A stretch of DNA of 64,000 nt, from NCBI GenBank assembly GCA_965232515.1, contig CBDDPY010000002.1, positions 4,032,001 to 4,096,000 on the forward strand, given 5' to 3'. This DNA is from Alphaproteobacteria bacterium. Its GTDB lineage: Bacteria > Pseudomonadota > Alphaproteobacteria > GCA-2731375. The notes beneath the pieces were generated by a model. The model worked only from the letters and a program-made list of their open reading frames with translations. It ran no database searches and was not told the origin of the DNA. Of this stretch, positions 9,484 to 20,512 are shown piece by piece (position 1 is the stretch's first letter; each line of letters begins with the position of its first letter). A program made the position numbers and the translations under genes.

Positions 9484-10731
9484 ATGACCGCCTGGGACCT
9501 GCTGTTCACGAACGCCTGCCTGGCGACGATGGCCGACGGCGACGGCTTCGGCCGCATCGACGGCGGCGCGGTCGCGGTCGCCGACGGCCGCATCGCCTGG
9601 CTCGGCCCGATGGACGCACTGCCGGCCGGCGAGGCCCACACCGTACGCGACCTCGGCGGCAAGTTACTGACCCCCGGCCTCGTCGATCCGCATACCCACA
9701 TCGTTTATGGCGAGGAAGGCCTTGTCGACTTCGAGGTGCTGTCGCAAGGCGGCGGCCGCGCCGAGCTGGAAGCGAAAGGCGGCGCCGTCCAGGGCCTCGT
9801 TCGCCGCACCCGCGAGATGTCGGAAGCGGATCTCTTCGCCGCCAGCCGCGCGCGCATGGCGCGACTGATCGCCAATGGCGTCACCACCGTCGAAAGCAAG
9901 TCCGGCGCGGGCCTCGACTACGATACCGAGCTCCGTGCCATGCGCATCTCCCGCGCCCTCGGCCGCGACCTGCCGGTCACTGTGATCTCGACGTTCCTGG
10001 GGGCGCACGGCCTGCCGCCGGAATACCGGGACCGGCGCGACGATTATGTCGACTTCCTCTGCGACACGGTCCTGCCGGCCGCCGTGCAGCAGGACCTGGT
10101 CGACCAGGTCGATGGCTTCTGCGACGCCGTCGGCTTCGACCATGCCCAGATCGGCCGCCTGTTCGACCGCGCGACCGCCTATGGCCTGCCGGTCAAGCTG
10201 CACGCCGACCAGTACACCGACTTCGGCGCCGGCGCGCTCGTCGCCGAATATGGCGGCCTGTCGGCGGACCATTGCGAATACGCGTCCGAAGCGACCGTGC
10301 GGGCAATGGCGGCGGCCGGCACCGTGGCGACGCTGCTGCCCGGCGCCAACTGGACCTTGCATGAAACCCAGAAACCGCCGGTGGCCCTCTTCCGAGAATT
10401 GGGCGTGCCCATGGCGCTGGCAACCAACTGCAATCCCGTCAGCTCGCCGGCCACCTCGCCGTCCGCCGTCATGCACATGGCCTGCTACATGTTCGGCCTG
10501 ACGCCGGAAGAAGCGCTCGGCGGCTTCACTGTCAGCGGCGCGAAGGCGCTGGGCCTGGAAGACAGCGCCGGCCGCATCGCCGTCGGCCGCACCGCCGACC
10601 TCGCCGCCTGGGACACGGACGACCCGCGCGGCATCGCTTATCCCATCGGCGGCGCGCCCTGCCTGACAGTGGTGAAGGACGGCGTCGTCGTGCACGAAAG
10701 CCCGCCGCCCGCCTTCGGAGCCGCGCCGTGA
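9484..10731 (+). CDS. Imidazolonepropionase-like amidohydrolase (divergent HutI homologue)
   Basis: PGLVDPHTH, GVTTVESKSG, FLGAH, KLHADQ, SADHCE; several HutI consensus residues altered. Confidence 0.8.
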   Translation: MTAWDLLFTNACLATMADGDGFGRIDGGAVAVADGRIAWLGPMDALPAGEAHTVRDLGGKLLTPGLVDPHTHIVYGEEGLVDFEVLSQGGGRAELEAKGGAVQGLVRRTREMSEADLFAASRARMARLIANGVTTVESKSGAGLDYDTELRAMRISRALGRDLPVTVISTFLGAHGLPPEYRDRRDDYVDFLCDTVLPAAVQQDLVDQVDGFCDAVGFDHAQIGRLFDRATAYGLPVKLHADQYTDFGAGALVAEYGGLSADHCEYASEATVRAMAAAGTVATLLPGANWTLHETQKPPVALFRELGVPMALATNCNPVSSPATSPSAVMHMACYMFGLTPEEALGGFTVSGAKALGLEDSAGRIAVGRTADLAAWDTDDPRGIAYPIGGAPCLTVVKDGVVVHESPPPAFGAAP

Positions 10732-12011
10732 CCGCCGAGCCGCAAGCCGATCTCCTCGCCTGGCTCGATGCCGAGCGCGACCGCCAACGCGATTTCCTGC
10801 AGGCACTGACCCGCATTGACACCTGCAATCCGCCCGGCGACACCCGCGCGGCGGCCTCCTTCGTGCGCCGTTTCCTCGACGACGAGGGCATCCCCTACCG
10901 CATAGAATCCCCGCAGGCCGAGATGCCGAACCTGATCAGCAGCTTCGGCGGCACGGGCGCCGGCCGGCACTTGGTGCTGAACGGCCATCTCGACGTCTTC
11001 CCCATCGGCGACCGCGATGCCTGGACGCGCGACCCGTTGAGCGGCGACCTGGCCGACGGCCGCGTTCACGGCCGCGGCACCGTCGACATGAAGTGCGGCA
11101 CCACGGCGATGATCTTCGCGCATGCCTATCTGCACCGGCTGCGCGACCGCCTGCCCGGCCGCGTTACGCTGACCGTGGTCTCCGACGAAGAGACTGGCGG
11201 CCGCTGGGGCGCCGACTGGCTGACCAGCCGCTGCGCCGAAGAGGTACTGGGCGACTGCGTGCTGAACGCCGAGCCGAGCGGCCTGCAGACCATCCGCTTC
11301 GGCGAGAAGTCGATCCTCTGGGTGCGTTTCAAGATATCTGTGCCCGGCGGCCACAGCGCCTATCCGCACACCAGCGCCAGCGCCAACAAGATCGCCGCGC
11401 AACTGATCCGCGATCTCGAGGCCATCGAGATCATGCAGCCGGACGAGCCCGACGTGGTCCGCGACACCCTCGACCGCGCCGAGGTGCGGGCAGCCACCGA
11501 CCGCGCGCTCGGCGCCGGCGCGGCCCAGGTCATGCGCCGGGTCTCGGTCAATATCGGCGTCATGCAGGGCGGCGTCGCCATCAACATGCTGCCCGACGCC
11601 TGCGTGCTCGACATCGACTTCCGCTTGCCCGTCGGCATCGCGCGGGCGGCGGTGCTGGCCCAGATCGCGAACATCGCCGCGCGCTATCCGGCCGTGTCGT
11701 TCGAGGAGCTGCTGGCCGGCGGCCCGGAAGCGAACTGCTCCGACCCCACGCACGAGATGGTCGGCCACCTGCAGCGCCATGCCGCGCCCGCCGTCGGCCA
11801 CGACCCCCAGCCCATCGTCAGCCTCGGCGGCACCGACACACGGTTCTGGCGCGACCGCGGCGTCCCCGCCTTCGTCTACGGCTGCTCGCCCGCCGGCATG
11901 GGCGCGCCCAACGAAAGCGTCGATCTCGACGAGTTCCACCATGTCCTCCGCGTCCACGCACTGGCCGCCCTCGACTTTCTGACAGCCGCAAATCCCGGAG
12001 CATCCACGTGA
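10728..12011 (+). CDS. M20-family (ArgE/DapE-like) deacylase
   Basis: NGHLDV, GRGTVDMK, DEETGG, GGTD, PNE motifs. Confidence 0.88.
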   Translation: MTAEPQADLLAWLDAERDRQRDFLQALTRIDTCNPPGDTRAAASFVRRFLDDEGIPYRIESPQAEMPNLISSFGGTGAGRHLVLNGHLDVFPIGDRDAWTRDPLSGDLADGRVHGRGTVDMKCGTTAMIFAHAYLHRLRDRLPGRVTLTVVSDEETGGRWGADWLTSRCAEEVLGDCVLNAEPSGLQTIRFGEKSILWVRFKISVPGGHSAYPHTSASANKIAAQLIRDLEAIEIMQPDEPDVVRDTLDRAEVRAATDRALGAGAAQVMRRVSVNIGVMQGGVAINMLPDACVLDIDFRLPVGIARAAVLAQIANIAARYPAVSFEELLAGGPEANCSDPTHEMVGHLQRHAAPAVGHDPQPIVSLGGTDTRFWRDRGVPAFVYGCSPAGMGAPNESVDLDEFHHVLRVHALAALDFLTAANPGAST

Positions 12012-13429
12012 CCTTTGCCGACTACGCCGATTACGACGCCCTGGGCCTCGCCGAACTTGTCCGCGACGGATCGGTCAGCGCCGCGGAGGTGCTGGAGGCC
12101 GCCATCGACCGCATCGAGGCCCACGACGGCACGCTGAATGCCGTCGTCCACAAGGCCTACGAGCAGGCCCGCGCCGACCTCGACGACCTGCCCGACGGTC
12201 CGTTCAAGGGTGTGCCGTTCCTGGTCAAGGACCTGGGTTGCGCCGTTGCCGGCATGCCGATGACGCAGGGCAGCCGGTTCTTCCGCGACTACGTGCCGGC
12301 GGCCGACAGCGAGCTCGCCACGGCCTACCGTGACGCCGGCCTCGTCATCCTCGGCAAGACGAACACGCCGGAATTCGGCATCTCCGGCACGGCGGAATCG
12401 GCCATGCTGGGGGCCTGCCGCAATCCCTGGAACCCGGAACGCATTTCCGGTGGCTCCAGCGGCGGCGCCGCGGCCGCGGTCGCGTCCGGCATGGTGCCGG
12501 TCGCGCATGCGAGCGACGGTGCCGGTTCGATTCGCCTGCCCGCCGCCATGTGCGGCATCTTTGGCCTGAAACCCAGCCGCGGCCGCCACCGCCCGGTCGT
12601 GCCGCGCGCCGACGTGATGCACGGCTTCTCCAGCCAGCACGTGCTCACCCGCACGGTGCGCGACAGCGCCGCCATGCTCGATGCGACGCTCGACCGCCGC
12701 AATCCCTACGGCCCACCGCCGCCGGCGCGGTCGTATCTCGACGAGGTCGGCGCGCCGACGGGCCGCCTGCGCATCGCCTTCTCGCCCGACCGGCCGTCCG
12801 GCGAGGCGCCGCAGCCGTTCATGGCCGACGCCCTTCGCGGCGTCGCCGACCGTCTTGCCGATCTCGGCCACGAGGTCGTCGAGCAACCGATCCCGCTGCC
12901 CTATCAGCCCTTCTACAACGCCTTCGCCACGGTCGCCGCCGCCCAGTTCGCCGCCCGGATCGACGCCGCCATCGAACTGCTCGGCCGCCAACCCGAAGCC
13001 GATGACCTAGAGCCCGTGACCTGGGCCCGCCTCGAACGCGGTCGTGGCAAATCAGGCGCCGACGTCGCCGCCGCCCTGGAAGTGCTGGCGTCGCACGGCC
13101 GCATCGTCACCGACTTCTTCGACGACCATGATATCTTCCTGAATCCCGTCATGGCCGGCGGCACGCCCGAGGTCGGCTATCTCGACCCTGTCACCGTGCC
13201 GCCGCCCGAGCATTCGAAGCGCTCGGGCTACATCTTCTTCATGACGCTGCCGTTCAACGCCACCGGCCAGCCCGCCATGTCCGTGCCCATGGGCTTCGAC
13301 GCCGACGGCCTGCCGCTCGGCTTCCACTTCGTCGCACGCTACGGCGACGAGGCGACGCTGATCCGCCTCGCGTCACAACTCGAGGAAGCCCACCCTTGGA
13401 CCGGGAAGAAACCGGCGATCTGGGGCTAA
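12008..13429 (+). CDS. Amidase-signature family amidase
   Basis: GVPFLVKDL, GKTNTPEFG, GGSSGG, DGAGSIRLPA; GTG start overlaps the previous stop. Confidence 0.92.
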   Translation: MTFADYADYDALGLAELVRDGSVSAAEVLEAAIDRIEAHDGTLNAVVHKAYEQARADLDDLPDGPFKGVPFLVKDLGCAVAGMPMTQGSRFFRDYVPAADSELATAYRDAGLVILGKTNTPEFGISGTAESAMLGACRNPWNPERISGGSSGGAAAAVASGMVPVAHASDGAGSIRLPAAMCGIFGLKPSRGRHRPVVPRADVMHGFSSQHVLTRTVRDSAAMLDATLDRRNPYGPPPPARSYLDEVGAPTGRLRIAFSPDRPSGEAPQPFMADALRGVADRLADLGHEVVEQPIPLPYQPFYNAFATVAAAQFAARIDAAIELLGRQPEADDLEPVTWARLERGRGKSGADVAAALEVLASHGRIVTDFFDDHDIFLNPVMAGGTPEVGYLDPVTVPPPEHSKRSGYIFFMTLPFNATGQPAMSVPMGFDADGLPLGFHFVARYGDEATLIRLASQLEEAHPWTGKKPAIWG

Positions 13430-13635
13430 CCGACCAGGTTCAGCTTCTTCGCGACCGCGTCGACCGCTTCCTTGACGTCCTGATAGGTCTTGTTGATGAA
13501 GTCGATGCGCGTGCCGCCGTCGAGCGGTCCGCCCGAGGCGCCCTCCGGCCGCGGCGCCGGCGTCAGCATCAGAATCTCATCCGTGTTGACTACCACTGGA
13601 CTGCCGTCCGGCCGCGTCAAATCGATAAACGCCAT
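13426..13635 (-). CDS. Small hypothetical protein, FlbD-like pattern
   Basis: MAFIDLTRPDGSPVVVNTDEI...TRIDF...VKEAVDAVAKKL; GGAGG RBS. Confidence 0.6.
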   Translation of the reverse strand: MAFIDLTRPDGSPVVVNTDEILMLTPAPRPEGASGGPLDGGTRIDFINKTYQDVKEAVDAVAKKLNLVG

Positions 13636-13738
13636 GTCTCTGCCCTCCAGTCGGCGTCGGGCCATCCGACACCCGTCGTGACACATTAGTGCGCCCCACA
13701 CCCTGTGCGCTCTGCGCTCCCTGTGCTTAGATCGGGTC

Positions 13739-14764
13739 ATGACGATCCCAAACAACCCGCTAACGGACTCGACCGACCTGCGGCACGACGGCGCGGCGTT
13801 GCGCGAGCGCGCACAACGGGACGGCTATCTGCTGATCCGGGGCCTGCTGCCGCGCGACGTGGTCGACGCCGCCGCGGCGGAGCTCGCCGCGACCATGGCG
13901 GACGCCGGCTGGATCCCTGCCGGCCGGCCGCTCGACGACGCGCCCGCCAACGGCGACACGTTCTGCGTCGAGCCGCAGCCCGCCTTCATGGACGTGTTCT
14001 ACCGCCAGCTCGGTTTACGCAGTCTGCACGCGCTCAAGCTTCGGCCCGAGCTGATGCGGTTCTTCCGGAAGCTGTTCGGCGAGACGCCGTTCTGCCCGCC
14101 GCATTTCGTCACCCGCCTCGCCTTCCCGGACCGCGACGCCTACGCCACGCCCGCGCATCAGGACTACGTGCATTTCGAGGGCAGCCGCGACAATTGGGCC
14201 GCCTGGATTCCCTTCACCACCATCGACGCGGCGCGCGGCGGTCTCGCCATCGCCGCCGGCTCGCACCGCGACGGCGCCTACGACATGCGGCCGGCGCTCG
14301 GCGCCGGCCAGATGGTCATCGACGCCGATCTCGACAATCTCGACTGGCGTTGGAGCCCGCTTGCGCCCGGCGACGTGCTGATCCACAACTGTCTGACCGT
14401 GCACAAGGGCCTGCCGAACAAATCCGCCGGCATGCGCGTCTCCATGGACTGCCGCTACCAGCCGCTGTCCCAGCCCATCGGCGAGAAGTTCCTCGGCGTC
14501 TCGCACCAGCTCCGCACCTGGGATGAGCTCTACCGCGACTGGCCCGACGACGCCGAGAGCCGGGCGCTGAAATACTACTGGCGCGACCTCGACCTCGACG
14601 TCGTGCCCTTCACCTACCACTGGTACGACCGTCGCGACGCCACGGCGCTCGCCATGGCCGAGGCCGGCGATACGCAAGCCGCCATCGCGCTGGAAAACAT
14701 CGCCCGGAAACACCGTGACCCGGCCATGCGCGCCCGCGCCGAACGGGCGCTTGCCGGGCTGGCG

Positions 14765-14773
<9 letters not shown>
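13739..14773 (+). CDS. Phytanoyl-CoA dioxygenase-family Fe(II)/2OG enzyme
   Basis: TPAHQD, WIPF, GGLAIAAGSH, PGDVLIHNCLTVHKGLPN, RVSMDCRY. Confidence 0.88.
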
Positions 14774-17179
<2,406 letters not shown>

Positions 17180-17464
17180 CGGCTGGGGGTCTCTCGGCAT
17201 TACACGCAACCGACCCCTCGCATAAAGCCTATGCGTGTATCGCCTTATTTTTTCCTAACAAATGAAATTTACGCCACCCCAAGCTCGCCAAAAAATTGAT
17301 TCCACCGCCGCCGAATTCACGACCGTCTGACCCGGTCCCCAGCCTCCGTCAAGGACCGCGCGGCGAGACATCATTTTGTTCCCTGTGCCCTCCGCGATCT
17401 CTGTGGTTACATCGACGGGACGCGACGCCCTTGGCCCGCGACAAGAGGGAACGCAGCCCTGACA

Positions 17465-17911
17465 TTGCTACATCAGCCGTCATTGCCGACGATATTGCTG
17501 GCCGCGGCCGTGCTGACGTCTTGTCAGTCGTCCTTCCCCACGCCCGCCGCGCAGCCGCGCCCGCTCGACGCCGCGACGCTCCGCGACACGCTCGTCACCC
17601 ACACGCTGACCCGCTCGGGCGGCCCCTTCTGGCGCCCCTGGGATTATGCCGGCGTGCACGGTGCGGACGGCACCATGGCGGCCAGGGTCGTCTGGCGCGG
17701 CGGCGAAGACCGCGCCACCGGCATTTGGGAGCTCGACGCCGACGGTCGCTACTGCCGCACCTGGTCGAACGACTGGGCCGAGGGCCAACGCGGCTGCTTC
17801 CAGGTCACCCGTCATGGCGCGACGCTGATCTTCGACCATGAAAGCGGCGCCCGCGGCGACGCCGATCGCTACCGGTATCGGTTGCGGCCGGGCAACCCTT
17901 TCGGTCTTTGA
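17465..17911 (+). CDS. Putative lipoprotein (DUF995-like)
   Basis: Lipobox LTSC; GIWELDADGRYCRTW...GCFQV; start uncertain. Confidence 0.55.
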   Translation: MLHQPSLPTILLAAAVLTSCQSSFPTPAAQPRPLDAATLRDTLVTHTLTRSGGPFWRPWDYAGVHGADGTMAARVVWRGGEDRATGIWELDADGRYCRTWSNDWAEGQRGCFQVTRHGATLIFDHESGARGDADRYRYRLRPGNPFGL

Positions 17912-17996
17912 GGCGCGCACGCGGGTTTCCGAAAATCCGATGCGCCGGGCCGCCGGCCATAAAAAGCGCGCGCATCCGGGCTTTTTCCGGCCGGCC

Positions 17997-18011
17997 TTAA
18001 GCACTCTTTAA
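17997..18011. promoter_or_regulatory. CtrA-binding box upstream of motA
   Basis: TTAA-GCACTCT-TTAA, exact TTAA-N7-TTAA, 70 bp before the motA start. Confidence 0.7.
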
Positions 18012-18081
18012 TGGCGAACCACATAGCGTTCCATTACCCGCGTGCGTTTCGCGTAATTCATGTCGGATCGGTGGTCGCCCC

Positions 18082-18975
18082 ATGAAGCTCGTTGGTCTTT
18101 CGCTCGTCTTTTTCTGCACGTTCGGCGGTTTGTTCATCGCCATGCAATTCGACTATTCGGGCTTCTCGAAACTGATGTTCCTGATCCTGGGCGCCATGCC
18201 CGGCGAGATGGTGATCATCGGCGGCTGCGCGCTGGCCGCGTTCCTGGTCGCCAATTCCCGCGAGACCATCAAGGGAACGATCAGCTACCTCAGCGCGCTC
18301 ACCAAGCCGGCGGCCCACTCGAAGGAGGATTATGTCGAGCTGATGGCGACGCTGTTCGCTGTGTTCAAGCTCGTCCGCACCAAGGGCTGGCTGGCGCTGG
18401 AGCAGCATATCGAGCACCCGGACCGCAGCGATCTGTTCGCCCAGTTCCCCAGATTCGCCGCCAACGGCCACGCCACCATCTTTCTCTGCGACTATCTGCG
18501 CATCATCTCGATGGGGAACGAGAACCCGCACGAGCTCGAAGCGCTGATGGATGAGGAAATCGAGACCATCGAGCATCACGAATCGCATCCCGGCCATGCC
18601 GTGCAGACCATGGCCGATGGCATTCCGGCGCTCGGCATCGTCGCGGCCGTGCTGGGCGTGATCAAGACCATGACCTCGATCAACGAGCCGCCGGAAGTGC
18701 TGGGCAAGCTGATCGGCGCCGCGCTCGTCGGCACGTTTCTCGGCGTCTGGCTGGCCTACACCATGGTCGCGCCCGTGGCCGGCGCCATGCGGGTGAAGGC
18801 CGACTCCAAGGTCATGTACTACAAGAGCATGAAGGTCGGCATCATCGCCTTCCTCAACGGCGCGTCTCCGCAGGTCGCCGTCGAGTTCTCCAGAAAGCTC
18901 CTGCCGCACGAACTGCAGCCCAGCTTTCAGGAACTGGAAGAACACCTGAGCGACCTCCCGGCGCTGGCCGCCTAG
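18082..18975 (+). CDS. motA: Flagellar motor stator protein MotA
   Basis: GWLALEQHIEHP, FLCDYLRIISMG, PALGIVAAVLGVIKTM, IGAALVGTFLGV, PQVAVEFSRK. Confidence 0.93.
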   Translation: MKLVGLSLVFFCTFGGLFIAMQFDYSGFSKLMFLILGAMPGEMVIIGGCALAAFLVANSRETIKGTISYLSALTKPAAHSKEDYVELMATLFAVFKLVRTKGWLALEQHIEHPDRSDLFAQFPRFAANGHATIFLCDYLRIISMGNENPHELEALMDEEIETIEHHESHPGHAVQTMADGIPALGIVAAVLGVIKTMTSINEPPEVLGKLIGAALVGTFLGVWLAYTMVAPVAGAMRVKADSKVMYYKSMKVGIIAFLNGASPQVAVEFSRKLLPHELQPSFQELEEHLSDLPALAA

Positions 18976-19085
18976 CGCTGGGTGCCTTTGGGCCGGATCG
19001 CCGCGTCGCTCCGGATATCGCCGCCCCACCTTCGTCATGCCGGCGCGGAAGGCTGTGAAGGCGTTGCCTGTGAACCGGCAACGCA

Positions 19086-19172
19086 CGTCATGCTGGCGCA
19101 GGCCAGCATCCAGCGGAATCGCAACCTGTTGAAAAACAACAAACCTGGATCCTGGCCTTCGCCAGGATGACG
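19086..19172. repeat. REP-like palindrome doublet
   Basis: cgtcatgctggcgcaggccagcatccag ... ctggatcctggccttcgccaggatgacg; partial third copy at 19033. Confidence 0.75.
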
Positions 19173-19456
19173 GTAGAGATGGCATCCATGGGCCTGAACG
19201 GCGGGCGCGTTCTCTAGTCAGCAGGTTCGGATCGGCCCATTGCGGCCGGCGCCGGCCGCGTTTTTTTACATCCGCCGCGGCCCGTGTTAGGTTGCTCTCT
19301 CCAAGCCAACACGACGAACTCTGACCGGCGTCCCTCGGCGCGCGGGCGGCATGGCGTTCGCACGCCGCCTTCGCAGGGGACCGGTGGGAGGGCGACGTGC
19401 GGCCCGCGCGGGGCCGATGTGCAATCACAAGCGGTACGATACAGGGGGTCAAACCT

Positions 19457-20326
19457 GTGACCGACGACACTGTCTTTGAGGACATCAACGAAGCGAAAGC
19501 CGATCTGCATCACATCTACAACGAGCCCGATCCACGGGCCTATTTCCGCGAGCTGCGTAAGCTCGGCTACGCCATCCCCGGCGCCGCCAAGCCGATCTTC
19601 CGCAAGCTGATCGACGTCCTGGGCCGGCGCCAGGACGATCCGGTCCGCGTGCTCGACCTCGGCTGCTCCTATGGCGTCAACGCCGCGCTGCTCAAGCACG
19701 ACCTGTCGATGGACGCGCTCTACGACCACTGGGGACACAAACGGTTCGATGACGCCTCGCCCGACGAGGTCGCCGAATACGACCGGCAGTATTTCGCCAG
19801 CCTCGACGGCGGCGAGGACATCGAGGTGATCGGCCTCGACCAGTCGAAGAACGCCATTGCCTTCGCCGAGGAGGCCGGCTTGCTGGACGACGGCCTCGCC
19901 GTCGATCTCGAAACCGCGCCGCTGCCCGATGGCGCGCGGGACGATCTGACCCCGGTCGATCTGGTGACCTCGACCGGCTGTGTCGGCTACGTCACCGACA
20001 AGACCTTCGACCGCCTGCTGCCCGCCGTCACCAGCGGCCGCCCGTCCTGGCTCGCGAACTTCGTGCTGCGCATGTTTCCGTTCGAGGACATCGCCCGCAC
20101 GCTCGACGCGCGCGGCTACGTGACGGAAAAGCTCGCCGGCCGCACCTTCGTGCAGCGCCGCTTCGTTTCCGCCGACGAGCAGGACCAGGTCCTGGCGCAG
20201 CTGCGCGAGCAGGGCGTTGACCCCACCGGCAAGGAAGCCGACGGCCACCTGCACGCCGAGTTCTTCCTGTCCCGCCCCCGCTCGGACGCCGAAAAGCTGC
20301 CGCTCGAACGCCTGCTCGCCGCCTGA
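19457..20326 (+). CDS. Class I SAM-dependent methyltransferase-like protein
   Basis: VLDLGCSYG motif I, IGLDQS, STGCVGY; GTG start. Confidence 0.8.
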   Translation: MTDDTVFEDINEAKADLHHIYNEPDPRAYFRELRKLGYAIPGAAKPIFRKLIDVLGRRQDDPVRVLDLGCSYGVNAALLKHDLSMDALYDHWGHKRFDDASPDEVAEYDRQYFASLDGGEDIEVIGLDQSKNAIAFAEEAGLLDDGLAVDLETAPLPDGARDDLTPVDLVTSTGCVGYVTDKTFDRLLPAVTSGRPSWLANFVLRMFPFEDIARTLDARGYVTEKLAGRTFVQRRFVSADEQDQVLAQLREQGVDPTGKEADGHLHAEFFLSRPRSDAEKLPLERLLAA

Positions 20327-20335
20327 CCCGGGCTG

Positions 20336-20512
20336 GCAGGCTGCTGAAAACGTCGCTATCCCAGGACAGCAATGCTTCGAGACGGCGCTTCGCGCCTCCT
20401 CAGCATGAGGTAAGGCATTGATATCAAATACGAACCTCATCCTGAGGAGCGGCCCGAAGGGACGCGTCTCGAAGGATCGCCATGGGCGCTGCGCCCGTTT
20501 TCGGCAGCCTGC
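20336..20512. mobile_element. MITE-like element with 17-bp terminal inverted repeats and internal palindromes
   Basis: gcaggctgctgaaaacg (20336-20352) / cgttttcggcagcctgc (20496-20512), 16/17 match; internal cttcgagacg...cctcagcatgagg / cctcatcctgagg...cgtctcgaag. Confidence 0.7.

Noticed and set aside
8238-10364. 708-aa Arg-rich ORF and similar long alternative-frame ORFs (15065-17299, 20482-22101, 36773-38278)
   Set aside because: High-GC shadow frames overlapping well-supported genes; no motifs
11093-13429. Apparent long fusions in the ORF track (778-aa amidase, 760-aa AraC, 690-aa ligase, 709-aa NeuB)
   Set aside because: Spurious N-terminal extensions through upstream genes; real starts are internal
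18082-18975. motA as a ZorA/ExbB-type defence or energiser gene
   Set aside because: Sequence is typical flagellar MotA, with no long ZorA tail and no partner gene
19033-19172. Palindromic repeats as a CRISPR array
   Set aside because: Inverted doublets without regular repeat-spacer periodicity; no cas genes in the window
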